From: an uncultured Methylotenera sp.
GTDB lineage: Bacteria > Pseudomonadota > Gammaproteobacteria > Burkholderiales > Methylophilaceae
NCBI GenBank assembly: GCA_965649545.1
Contig: CBFGLF010000001.1
Span: 713 to 64,712, forward strand
Direction: 5' to 3'
DNA length: 64,000 nucleotides
Shown: in pieces, positions 31,961-42,880 of the stretch
How positions within the stretch are numbered: position 1 is the stretch's first letter
Layout of the letters: each line of letters opens with the position of its first letter
Made by a program: the position numbers and the translations under genes
The notes under the pieces: model-generated
Told to the model about the DNA's origin: nothing
The model's input: only the letters and a program-made list of their open reading frames with translations
Databases searched by the model: none

Positions 31961-32377
31961 TCAATCTTCCCGACGGAACTCGCCCTCGATGACGTCGTCA
32001 TTGGCGGCACGACCCCCTGTACCGTGAGAGCCTGGCGTTCCACGTGAAACAAATGCCGGTTTGGGCGCAGGCATCAACAGCAGGATGACCGCGATGGCAT
32101 CGCTGATGACACCCGGCAGTATGAGCAGGATACCGGCCATCAAGTTCTTGGCGCTGCCGAAGATCGCCCGGGTGGGCGTACCGCCCTCGCCCAGGCTTTG
32201 CATCATGCGCCCGAGCATGAGCAGCTTCTCATCGAGGATGAGGCGCCAGCCCAGAATGGCCATCAATACCAGGTATAACGCCAGCCACCAGCCATAACGG
32301 CCACCCAGTTCGACCAGCAACCATATCTCCATGACCGGGAAAGCGAGTAAAATCGCCATCAGGAAAAGCACACGCAT
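31961..32377 (-). CDS. fxsA: FxsA family membrane protein
   Basis: 138 aa. MRVLFLMAILLAFPVMEIWLLVELG ... ILLILPGVISD is the FxsA pattern. Confidence 0.8.
   Translation of the reverse strand: MRVLFLMAILLAFPVMEIWLLVELGGRYGWWLALYLVLMAILGWRLILDEKLLMLGRMMQSLGEGGTPTRAIFGSAKNLMAGILLILPGVISDAIAVILLLMPAPKPAFVSRGTPGSHGTGGRAANDDVIEGEFRRED
32036..32051. promoter_or_regulatory. parS-like ParB binding site (1 mismatch), inside fxsA
   Basis: cgttccacgtgaaaca versus the consensus TGTTNCACGTGNAACA. On the minus strand it encodes F-V-S-R-G-T. Confidence 0.65.
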
Positions 32378-32714
32378 GACTATCCAATCTCAAATGAACG
32401 AACCTGTCAGAGCCATCGTGGTTCTGACCAATCTTCCTGACCAGGAAAGCGCCGAAAAGTTAGCGCAATTTCTGGTCAGTGCGAAACTTGCTGCCTGCAT
32501 CAACATCCTGGCCCCTTGCACTTCCATTTATGAATGGCAGGGCAAGATCGTCCGTGACACCGAAGTACCACTGCTGATCAAGGCGAGCAGCGCGCATTAT
32601 GCCGCACTGGAAGCCGCGATCCGCGAACGGCATCCCTACGAACTTCCCGAGATCATCCATGTCCCAGTCACAGGCGGATTGACCGCCTACATCGACTGGA
32701 TCGTCGCGCCCTGA
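32376..32714 (+). CDS. cutA: divalent-cation tolerance protein CutA
   Basis: The track ORF 32331..32714 overlaps fxsA. ATG 32376 (or ATG 32394) gives ...VVLTNLPDQESAEKLAQFLVSAKLAACINI ... YEWQGKI ... HPYELPEI. Confidence 0.85.
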   Translation: MTIQSQMNEPVRAIVVLTNLPDQESAEKLAQFLVSAKLAACINILAPCTSIYEWQGKIVRDTEVPLLIKASSAHYAALEAAIRERHPYELPEIIHVPVTGGLTAYIDWIVAP

Positions 32715-32727
32715 TCGGAACCTACTC

Positions 32728-34569
32728 TTGAGGCTTTTGCTGTCCCTGCCACGTACCCTCTTCCTGCTCGCCTGCATGCTTACTGTGCTGGCGACGCCGT
32801 CGTACGCCGAGAGTGTCTCCAAGGCCGGCATCAGCGCATTCCTTGACGTTGATGATGATCATATTCTGCCACCTGATGAAGCTTTCAAGCTCTCGTTGCG
32901 GTCTGTCGATGAAAAAACCCTGCATGCGGATTTCAAGATCGCGCCCGGACACTACCTGTATCGGGATCGTTTCAAGTTCGAACTGGTCCCTGCCGACCAG
33001 GTGAGCGCCTCAACCGCACTCCCCAAGGGCGAACCGAAACAGGACCCGACCTTTGGCGCTACCGAGGTGTTCCACAACGATGTCACCGCCGTCATCACAT
33101 TGATGGCGCAGGGTAAGTTGCCTGCGGACCTCAAGTTGCAGGCGACCTATCAGGGCTGTAGCGAAAAAGGCCTGTGCTACGCACCGATCCGCAAGCTACT
33201 CGACGTGCCGCTCAGCGGCATGGTCTCTCGCGCCGAAGCGGCCACCGGCAATCCGCTCGACCATGAGAATGAGGAAGACCATGCCGCGCAATTACTTAAA
33301 GATGGCGACCTGTGGCTGATCGTCGCGGGCTTTTTCGGTTTCGGGCTACTGTTGTCATTGACGCCCTGCGTGCTGCCCATGATCCCCATCCTGTCCAGCA
33401 TCGTCGTCGGGGCGAACCCACGTAGCAAATGGCATAGCTTCGGCCTGTCGTTATGCTACGTACTCGGCATGGCAGTCGCCTACAGCCTGGCCGGGATCGC
33501 CGCCGGCTTTTCCGGCCAGCTGCTGAGTTCGACCTTGCAGACCCCGGCGGTCATCATCGTCACGGCGATCATCTTCCTGGTGCTGGCCTTATCCATGTTC
33601 GGTTTCTATGAACTCAAGTTACCCACGGCCTTCGAGGATCGCATGCTGCGGATGTCCAACCGCTTCAAAGGAGGTCAGGCCTTTGGTGTGTTCGTGATGG
33701 GTGCGGTCTCGGCGCTCATCGTCAGCCCCTGTGTCGCCGCACCCCTTGCTGGCGCCCTGCTCTACATCAGCCAGACCCACGATGTCGTGCTGGGCGGCAC
33801 AGCGCTGTTCGCTCTCTCGATCGGGATGGGTGTCCCGCTTCTACTTATCGGTACTTCAGCGGGTAGCTTGCTGCCGCGCACCGGTGCCTGGATGACGACC
33901 GTGCGCAATCTGTTCGGGGTATTGCTGATTGGCGTCGCCATCTGGCTCATCACCCCCTTGATACCGGTCTCGGTTCAGTTGGGTTTGTGGGCTGCCCTGC
34001 TGATCGTTCCTGCGATCTACATGCGCGCCATCGACCGACTGCCTGAAAACGCTACGGGTTGGCAGAAACTGGGCAAAGGGGTCGGCCTCATCATGCTGCT
34101 GCTGGGCATCGCCATGCTGGTAGGCGCCCTCTCTGGTGCACGATCCCCGCTACAGCCGCTTTCCGGCTTCCAGGCCACAAACAGCAGTCCTCACCAGAGT
34201 GCGCTGGCTTTTCAGCGGGTAAAGTCGATCGCCGAGCTAGACCAGAAGATCGCGGCGGCTGACGGCAAGCCGGTCATGCTGGATTTCTATGCGGATTGGT
34301 GTGTCGCATGCAAGGAGATGGAACAGTTCACCTTCAGCGATGGGCGTGTCCAGGCGAGCCTGGCGAATTATGTCTTGCTGCAAGCCGATGTGACCGCCAA
34401 TGATGCTGAGGACCGTGCCTTGCTACAGCGCTTTGGCCTCTTCGGACCGCCCGGCATCATCTTCTTCGATCATAACGGCAAAGAGCATCGCACGGTGCGT
34501 GTGATCGGTTATCAAAATGCAGATCGCTTCCTCTCCAGTATCAGCAAGCTTGAGGGGCATCCCAAATGA
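32728..34569 (+). CDS. dsbD: thiol:disulfide interchange protein DsbD
   Basis: 613 aa. Signal peptide, N-terminal domain, CcdA-like TM core (LTPCVLPMIP ... SPCVAAPL), C-terminal thioredoxin fold with WCVAC. Confidence 0.9.
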   Translation: MRLLLSLPRTLFLLACMLTVLATPSYAESVSKAGISAFLDVDDDHILPPDEAFKLSLRSVDEKTLHADFKIAPGHYLYRDRFKFELVPADQVSASTALPKGEPKQDPTFGATEVFHNDVTAVITLMAQGKLPADLKLQATYQGCSEKGLCYAPIRKLLDVPLSGMVSRAEAATGNPLDHENEEDHAAQLLKDGDLWLIVAGFFGFGLLLSLTPCVLPMIPILSSIVVGANPRSKWHSFGLSLCYVLGMAVAYSLAGIAAGFSGQLLSSTLQTPAVIIVTAIIFLVLALSMFGFYELKLPTAFEDRMLRMSNRFKGGQAFGVFVMGAVSALIVSPCVAAPLAGALLYISQTHDVVLGGTALFALSIGMGVPLLLIGTSAGSLLPRTGAWMTTVRNLFGVLLIGVAIWLITPLIPVSVQLGLWAALLIVPAIYMRAIDRLPENATGWQKLGKGVGLIMLLLGIAMLVGALSGARSPLQPLSGFQATNSSPHQSALAFQRVKSIAELDQKIAAADGKPVMLDFYADWCVACKEMEQFTFSDGRVQASLANYVLLQADVTANDAEDRALLQRFGLFGPPGIIFFDHNGKEHRTVRVIGYQNADRFLSSISKLEGHPK

Positions 34570-35105
34570 TGCTCAAGCGCACCGCGAAGATTCTGGCCAT
34601 TGTCCTGCTGATCGTTGCCGCCGGCCTCGCCACGCGACACTTCCTGCTCAACCCGACCCTGGAGTCAACGACCACCTCGACGGAAGCGCTATTCTCCGCC
34701 CAGCTACCAGACCCGCAGGGGGAAGCGCAGCAGCTGTCGCAATGGAAAGGCAAGATCGTCGTCGTCAACTTCTGGGCAAGCTGGTGTGTGCCCTGTCGTG
34801 AAGAGATGCCCGAACTCTCCGAATTGCACGAGCGGTATCAATCCAACGACGTCGTCGTACTGGGGATATCGACTGATGAGTTGGAGAAGATGCAGGCTTT
34901 CAGCAAGGAAGTCCCGGTCAAATACCCGCTACTTGCCGGCGATTATGACGCGATCAAACTGTCGGAACTGCTGGGCAACGATAAGGGTGTGCTGCCTTAT
35001 ACCCTCATCGTCGGCAAGGACGGATCCATCGTCAAAACTTACTTCGGCCGCGTCAGTCAGGCCTTGCTGGAGGAAACGCTGATCCCTTTATTCAACAGTA
35101 GGTGA
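34566..35105 (+). CDS. TlpA/ResA-like periplasmic thiol-disulfide oxidoreductase
   Basis: 179 aa. N-terminal anchor and thioredoxin motif NFWASWCVPCREE. ATGA overlap with dsbD. Confidence 0.8.
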   Translation: MMLKRTAKILAIVLLIVAAGLATRHFLLNPTLESTTTSTEALFSAQLPDPQGEAQQLSQWKGKIVVVNFWASWCVPCREEMPELSELHERYQSNDVVVLGISTDELEKMQAFSKEVPVKYPLLAGDYDAIKLSELLGNDKGVLPYTLIVGKDGSIVKTYFGRVSQALLEETLIPLFNSR

Positions 35106-35236
35106 AAAGGTTTTTCTAAGCGCTTGAAAACCCTGTAATTTCGCTAATTTCCGCCAATTCGCTAGACAACATCCCCCTATTTGCGGCAAACTTGCAGCCA
35201 TGAATCATTGTTTCCGGCCGCAAAATAACAGCATAT

Positions 35237-35698
35237 ATGGCGAATAATTCTTCAAAATCCGTATTGGTGCTGCATGGTCCCAATCTGAACCTGCTGGGAT
35301 TACGCGAACCTGAGCATTACGGCAAAGACACGCTGGCCAGTATCAATGAACGCCTCATGACCAAGGCGACCAATGCCGGCCTCTTGCTGGAAAGTTTCCA
35401 GAGCAACAGCGAAGCTGAATTGATCGGTAAAGTGCAGTCTTTGGCATCGAAAAGCGTCGATTTCATCATTATCAACCCTGCAGCGTTCACCCATACATCC
35501 GTCGCGATGCGGGACGCACTCTCAGCGGTCAAGATCCCTTTCATCGAAGTACATTTATCCAACGTCTATGCACGTGAACCTTTCCGTCACCATTCCTACT
35601 TCACCGACATCGCTGTCGGGGTCATCAGTGGGTTGGGGGCGCAGGGTTACATGGCGGCACTAGATTACGCAATCAACGCACTCGCGCCTCAAGCCTAG
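35237..35698 (+). CDS. aroQ: type II 3-dehydroquinate dehydratase
   Basis: 153 aa. [19 protein letters not shown] ... [13 protein letters not shown] ... EVHLSN. Confidence 0.93.
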   Translation: MANNSSKSVLVLHGPNLNLLGLREPEHYGKDTLASINERLMTKATNAGLLLESFQSNSEAELIGKVQSLASKSVDFIIINPAAFTHTSVAMRDALSAVKIPFIEVHLSNVYAREPFRHHSYFTDIAVGVISGLGAQGYMAALDYAINALAPQA

Positions 35699-35721
35699 GC
35701 GCGTTCATCTCGAGGTTAATC

Positions 35722-36183
35722 ATGGATTTACGCAAACTTAAAAAATTGATCGATTTGGTCGAGGAGTCCGGCATCTCTGAGCTGGAATTGACCGAGGGCG
35801 AAGAGAAGGTCCGTATCAGCCGTAACATGTCTAACGGCAGCATGCCGATGCAATTCGCGCCCCAGTATTTCCAGGCACCGGCCCAGCAGGCAGCGCCAGC
35901 CGCACCTGCGGCCACCGTTGCTGAAGTTGCCGCCCCTGCCGCGGTCGAAGGCCACGTGGTCAAATCGCCGATGGTCGGCACGTTCTACCGCTCGCCATCC
36001 CCAGATTCCAAATCCTTCGTCGATATCGGCAGTACGGTCAACGTCGGCGATACGCTGTGCATCGTCGAAGCCATGAAACTGCTGAACGAGATCGAAGCCG
36101 ATCATGCGGGCGTCATCAAGGCGATCCTGGTCGAAAACGGTCAGCCGGTCGAGTACGGCGAACCACTGTTCATCATAGGCTAG
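35722..36183 (+). CDS. accB: acetyl-CoA carboxylase biotin carboxyl carrier protein
   Basis: 153 aa. Ala/Pro-rich linker and biotinylation motif [14 protein letters not shown]. Confidence 0.93.
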   Translation: MDLRKLKKLIDLVEESGISELELTEGEEKVRISRNMSNGSMPMQFAPQYFQAPAQQAAPAAPAATVAEVAAPAAVEGHVVKSPMVGTFYRSPSPDSKSFVDIGSTVNVGDTLCIVEAMKLLNEIEADHAGVIKAILVENGQPVEYGEPLFIIG

Positions 36184-36191
36184 GGGCTTAC

Positions 36192-37541
36192 ATGTTCGAA
36201 AAGGTCCTCATCGCCAACCGTGGCGAAATCGCCCTGCGCATCCAACGCGCTTGCCGAGAATTAGGTATCAAGACCGTGGCGGTGCATTCAGAAGCCGACC
36301 GCGAAGCCAAATACGTCAAACTGGCTGACGAATCCGTCTGTATCGGTCCGGCCCCTTCCGGCCAGAGTTACCTCAATATCCCCGCCGTGATCAGTGCAGC
36401 GGAAGTGACCGACGCCCAGGCGATCCATCCGGGTTACGGCTTCCTGTCCGAGAACGCGGATTTTGCCGAGCGTGTGGAACAAAGCGGCTTCGTCTTCATC
36501 GGCCCGCGTGCCGAGACCATCCGCCTCATGGGCGACAAGGTCAGTGCCAAGGACGCCATGCGCAAAGCCGGCGTGCCTTGCGTACCGGGTTCCGAAGGCG
36601 CGTTGCCTGACGATCCGGAAGTCATCTTGAAGACAGCCAAGGACATCGGTTATCCGGTCATCATCAAGGCCGCCGGCGGTGGCGGTGGTCGCGGCATGCG
36701 CGTAGTCCATACAGAAGCGGCCTTGCTGGCTTCGGTCAACATGACCAAGGCCGAAGCGGGTGCGGCATTCGGCAACCCCATGGTCTACATGGAGAAGTTC
36801 CTGGAACAACCACGTCATATCGAGATCCAGGTCTTGTCCGACCAACACGGCAATTCCGTGTACTTAGGCGAACGCGACTGCTCGATGCAGCGTCGTCACC
36901 AGAAAGTACTGGAAGAAGCGCCTGCGCCCGGTATCAGCGCCCGATTGCGCGACAAGATCGGTCAACGCTGCGCCGATGCCTGCAAGCGCATCAACTACCG
37001 CGGCGCCGGTACCTTCGAATTCCTGTATGAAAACAACGAGTTCTATTTCATCGAGATGAACACGCGGGTCCAGGTCGAACACCCGGTGACTGAGATGATC
37101 ACGGGCATCGATATCGTGCAGCAACAGATCCGGATCGCTGCCGGCGAAAAGCTGCCTTTCCGCCAGAAAGATATCCAGTTGCATGGCCACGCCATCGAAT
37201 GCCGGATCAACGCAGAAGACCCGTTCAATTTTGTGCCGTCACCCGGTCGCATCACCACCTTCCACATGCCTGGCGGCCCTGGTATCCGTGTCGATACACA
37301 TGCCTACCAGAATTACATGGTACCGCCGCACTACGATTCCATGATCTGCAAACTGATCGCCTATGGCGACACCCGTGAGCAGGCCATCGCCAAGATGCGC
37401 ATCGCGCTCTCTGAGATGGTGGTGGAAGGTATCAAGACCAATGTGCCCTTGCACAGCGAATTGATGGCCGACGCCGCTTTCCATCAGGGCGGTACCAGCA
37501 TCCATTATCTGGAGCAGAAACTGGGCATCTCGTCCAAATAA
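36192..37541 (+). CDS. accC: acetyl-CoA carboxylase biotin carboxylase subunit
   Basis: The track ORF 36057..37541 overlaps accB. ATG 36192 gives the canonical [17 protein letters not shown]... Contains the [11 protein letters not shown]-grasp motif. Confidence 0.95.
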   Translation: MFEKVLIANRGEIALRIQRACRELGIKTVAVHSEADREAKYVKLADESVCIGPAPSGQSYLNIPAVISAAEVTDAQAIHPGYGFLSENADFAERVEQSGFVFIGPRAETIRLMGDKVSAKDAMRKAGVPCVPGSEGALPDDPEVILKTAKDIGYPVIIKAAGGGGGRGMRVVHTEAALLASVNMTKAEAGAAFGNPMVYMEKFLEQPRHIEIQVLSDQHGNSVYLGERDCSMQRRHQKVLEEAPAPGISARLRDKIGQRCADACKRINYRGAGTFEFLYENNEFYFIEMNTRVQVEHPVTEMITGIDIVQQQIRIAAGEKLPFRQKDIQLHGHAIECRINAEDPFNFVPSPGRITTFHMPGGPGIRVDTHAYQNYMVPPHYDSMICKLIAYGDTREQAIAKMRIALSEMVVEGIKTNVPLHSELMADAAFHQGGTSIHYLEQKLGISSK

Positions 37542-37557
37542 TGGTCAGGAAATAGCC

Positions 37558-38448
37558 ATGGCTTGGGTTTCGCTCAATATCGAAGCCAGTGACAGTAATG
37601 CCGAGGCCCTGACCGACGCGTTGATGGCACTGGGCGCTTTGTCCGCGAGCATCGAGGACGCCAATGCCGAAACGCTCGATGAGCAACCGATCTTCGGCGA
37701 GCCGGGCGATCCGCCGCCCGGCATCTGGCGACAGAACGTCGTTAGCGCCTTATTCGAGGCTGATACGGACATCCCGGCTGTCATGACGGCCTTGTCTGAA
37801 ACCACTGGCTATCCCGACCTGCGCTATACCACCGAGACCGTCGAAGAGCAGGACTGGGTGCGCGCCACCCAGTCGCAATTCGACCCGATCCGTATCCGGG
37901 ATGATCTGTGGATCGTCCCGTCGTGGCACGATGCACCCAATCCTGACGGGCTCAATATCGTGCTCGACCCGGGCCTCGCATTCGGTACAGGCAGCCATCC
38001 CACCACCCACTTGTGTCTGAGCTGGCTGGCCGACACGATCAAGGGCGGCGAACAGGTACTCGATTACGGCTGCGGCTCCGGTATCCTCGCGATCGCTGCA
38101 AAGAAACTCGGTGCCGATGAGGTCATCGGCGTGGACATCGATAGTCAAGCCATCCAATCCAGCTGCTACAATGCGGAGCGAAACGAAGTCGTAGCCGAGT
38201 TCTGCATGGCAGACCGGTTTTCCGGCTCACAACAGTATGACATCGTCGTTGCCAATATCCTGTCCAGCGCCCTATCGGTGCTTGCCCCCGCCCTGGCGTC
38301 GGCATGCAAGTCGCACGGACGGATCGCGCTCTCAGGGATATTGCGTGAACAGGCAGCACAAGTCTCCGCCATCTATGAGGAATGGTTCGATATGGATGCA
38401 CCGGTATTCATGGAAAGCTGGGTGTTGCTGACAGGGCAAAAGAGATGA
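37558..38448 (+). CDS. prmA: ribosomal protein L11 methyltransferase
   Basis: 296 aa. LDPGLAFGTGSHPTT ... VLDYGCGSGILAIAA SAM-binding motif. Confidence 0.9.
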   Translation: MAWVSLNIEASDSNAEALTDALMALGALSASIEDANAETLDEQPIFGEPGDPPPGIWRQNVVSALFEADTDIPAVMTALSETTGYPDLRYTTETVEEQDWVRATQSQFDPIRIRDDLWIVPSWHDAPNPDGLNIVLDPGLAFGTGSHPTTHLCLSWLADTIKGGEQVLDYGCGSGILAIAAKKLGADEVIGVDIDSQAIQSSCYNAERNEVVAEFCMADRFSGSQQYDIVVANILSSALSVLAPALASACKSHGRIALSGILREQAAQVSAIYEEWFDMDAPVFMESWVLLTGQKR

Positions 38449-39224
38449 GCCTGATCACGGCCTGCCCTGCCTGTTCGACGAATTTCTTCGTGAAGACCGA
38501 ACAACTCAACGCGCACCATGGCGATGTGCGTTGCGGCAAGTGCAGCCACGTGTTCAACGCACTGGAACGCTTGGGAGAGATCGAGGAGTCCCCGATCGCC
38601 GAGATCGTTCAACCGATATCGCAGCCCGAGATTCCCCCAGTATCGATCCCCCTCACGCCGCCCTCGGCCAAACCTGTCGAGACCCCCGCGATCTTCGGCG
38701 AGGTCAAATCCAAGTCCAATCCGCTCTCCTCAGGCAAACGCAGAGCCAAGGTGGTCTGGCCTTACCATGCGTTCTCCCTCATCCTGATTTTGATTGGTGG
38801 CCTGCAGACCGTTTATTTTCTGCGCACACCCATCGCCACCCAATGGCCGCAGACCAAGCCCTTGTTAGCGAGTGCATGCGATCTGGTAGGTTGTACCGTC
38901 GATTTGCCTAAAGACATCTCGCAACTCTTGATCGACGACTCGGATTTACAGGAAGATGCCGAGCACGAGGATGTGATCCGGCTCAGTACTCTGCTCATCA
39001 ATAACGCCCCGTTCGCGCAGGCTTATCCTTTACTTGAGCTGACCTTGACGGACAAGAATGATCGGCCTGTGCTGCGCCGCGCTTTCACGGCCAAGGAATA
39101 CATGGCAGAGGGCACTGATCTTGATGCCGGCATCCCGGCGGGAGAAGAGTTGCAGATCAAGCTGGCATTGACTTCAGGCGACATCGAGGTCTCCGGCTAC
39201 CGCGTGTTCATCGCCTATCCCTGA
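38445..39224 (+). CDS. zinc-ribbon (MJ0042-type) / DUF3426-like membrane protein
   Basis: The track ORF 38382..39224 overlaps prmA. ATG 38445 (ATGA overlap with the prmA stop) gives MSLITACPACSTNFFVKTEQLNAHHGDVRCGKCSHVFNAL (CPxC...CGKC zinc ribbon), a Pro-rich linker, one TM and a C-terminal beta domain. Confidence 0.7.
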   Translation: MSLITACPACSTNFFVKTEQLNAHHGDVRCGKCSHVFNALERLGEIEESPIAEIVQPISQPEIPPVSIPLTPPSAKPVETPAIFGEVKSKSNPLSSGKRRAKVVWPYHAFSLILILIGGLQTVYFLRTPIATQWPQTKPLLASACDLVGCTVDLPKDISQLLIDDSDLQEDAEHEDVIRLSTLLINNAPFAQAYPLLELTLTDKNDRPVLRRAFTAKEYMAEGTDLDAGIPAGEELQIKLALTSGDIEVSGYRVFIAYP

Positions 39225-39368
39225 GCCGGCGGACGATCTTTTCTAATGATTTTCATTAGGCGCGATTCATGAGTATGACCACTGCACTTTTCGAACGCTC
39301 CTGTATAGTTCATTCATAAGTTATCGAGATATTCCATCTCACACTTAAACCCATTAGGAGATATCAAC

Positions 39369-39440
39369 ATGTGGACCAAGCCAGCTGCTACTGAAATGCG
39401 TTTCGGTTTCGAAGTTACCATGTACGTTTGCAATCGCTAA
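39369..39440 (+). CDS. pqqA: pyrroloquinoline quinone precursor peptide PqqA (23 aa, orphan copy)
   Basis: Below the ORF-track size cut-off; read by eye. AGGAG at 39356-39360, ATG 39369, translation [23 protein letters not shown], stop TAA 39438-39440, terminator 22 nt downstream. Matches the PqqA pattern MW.KPA....R.G.EVT.Y..NR, including the Glu-x3-Tyr pair. Confidence 0.8.
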   Translation: MWTKPAATEMRFGFEVTMYVCNR

Positions 39441-39461
39441 TCGATCGCACGATATACAGTG

Positions 39462-39488
39462 AAAACGGAGGCCTAGGCCTCCGTTTTT
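39462..39488. terminator. bidirectional rho-independent terminator shared by pqqA (+) and oxyR (-)
   Basis: aaaacggaggcc-ta-ggcctccgttttt: an 8-bp GC core stem with U-runs on both strands. Overlaps the oxyR stop codon. Confidence 0.7.
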
Positions 39489-40395
39489 ATTTGCCCTTCA
39501 CTTTCTGCATGCATCCGGAATCTACTTGCCGGATCGCTTCCTTCAAGCACTCGATGGCTTTTTCCCGTCCGTAGCTCTTGCGCCACGCCAGCGCCATCCT
39601 GCGGGAGGGCACAGGCTGCTGGAAAGGGATGACCTTGATCAACGGATTCTGGTAGCGCTCGACCGTCGCGCTGCAAGGTAGTACCGTGATGCCCAGATTG
39701 GACGCCACCATATTGCGGATGGTCTCGAGCGAATTGCCCTGCAACACCTCCCCCTTACGGGAAAGATCGGGACAGGCTTGGACTAACTGGTTGCTGAAAC
39801 AATGACCGCTATTGAGCAACAAGACCTTTTGTTCCGCCAATTCATCCGGATGGATCGATTTTCTGCTGGCCCAAGGATGATCTGCAGGTACGACGACCAC
39901 GAAAGATTCGTCATATAGGGGCTCCACCTTGATTCCCGGGATATCGAACGGCAAAGCGACGATCGCTGCATCGATCACGCCATTGCGCAATTGTACTTCC
40001 AGTAGATGGGTCAGGTTCTCTTCCACATCCAGCGGCATGTCAGGTGCGGTATGCCGCAGAATGGGAATGATCTCTGGCAGCAAGTAAGGCCCAGCCGAGT
40101 AGATCACACCCAGCTTGATCGGTCCGCTGAGCTGGTCGTTCCCCTGCCTGGCCATCTCCTTGATGCGGCCGGCTTCTTCCAGGACACGCGTGGCTTGCTC
40201 GACGATCTGCTCACCAATGGGGGTCATGCTGATGTCGGTGCGACTACGCTCGAATAGGCTGACACCCAGCTCATCCTCGAGTTTTTTGACCGCGAGGCTC
40301 AAGGCCGGCTGACTGACGAAGCACTTTTCTGCCGCGCGCCTGAAATTACGCTCGCGCGCGACAGCGACGATAAACCGTAATTCACTCAGCGTCAT
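39487..40395 (-). CDS. oxyR: LysR family transcriptional regulator, OxyR-like
   Basis: 302 aa. N-terminal HTH (FRRAAEKCFVSQPALS). GHCFSNQLVQAC places two cysteines 9 residues apart, as in the OxyR redox pair, followed by SLETIRNMVA. Confidence 0.65.
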   Translation of the reverse strand: MTLSELRFIVAVARERNFRRAAEKCFVSQPALSLAVKKLEDELGVSLFERSRTDISMTPIGEQIVEQATRVLEEAGRIKEMARQGNDQLSGPIKLGVIYSAGPYLLPEIIPILRHTAPDMPLDVEENLTHLLEVQLRNGVIDAAIVALPFDIPGIKVEPLYDESFVVVVPADHPWASRKSIHPDELAEQKVLLLNSGHCFSNQLVQACPDLSRKGEVLQGNSLETIRNMVASNLGITVLPCSATVERYQNPLIKVIPFQQPVPSRRMALAWRKSYGREKAIECLKEAIRQVDSGCMQKVKGK

Positions 40396-40415
40396 AGTGT
40401 CGAGTGGCCAGAGAC

Positions 40416-42827
<2,412 letters not shown>

Positions 42828-42840
42828 CTAGTCTTTTCGT

Positions 42841-42856
42841 GGTTTCACGTGAAACA
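42841..42856. promoter_or_regulatory. parS ParB binding site (1 mismatch) in the dnaN-gyrB spacer
   Basis: ggtttcacgtgaaaca versus TGTTTCACGTGAAACA. Confidence 0.75.
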
Positions 42857-42880
42857 TGGGGGTAAAGGAACGTTTGGCCG

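Noticed and set aside
35946-35957. Other CACGTG cores (for example ggccacgtggtc here, and near 4190, 7368, 35570, 49180 and 63158) were checked as extra parS sites.
   Set aside because: The flanks do not match TGTTN...NAACA. Only the central hexamer is shared, and that is expected by chance.
39269-39319. 16-codon mini-ORF ([16 protein letters not shown]) upstream of pqqA.
   Set aside because: It has no Shine-Dalgarno sequence and no resemblance to a known leader peptide, and it overlaps the likely pqqA promoter region. I treat it as chance.
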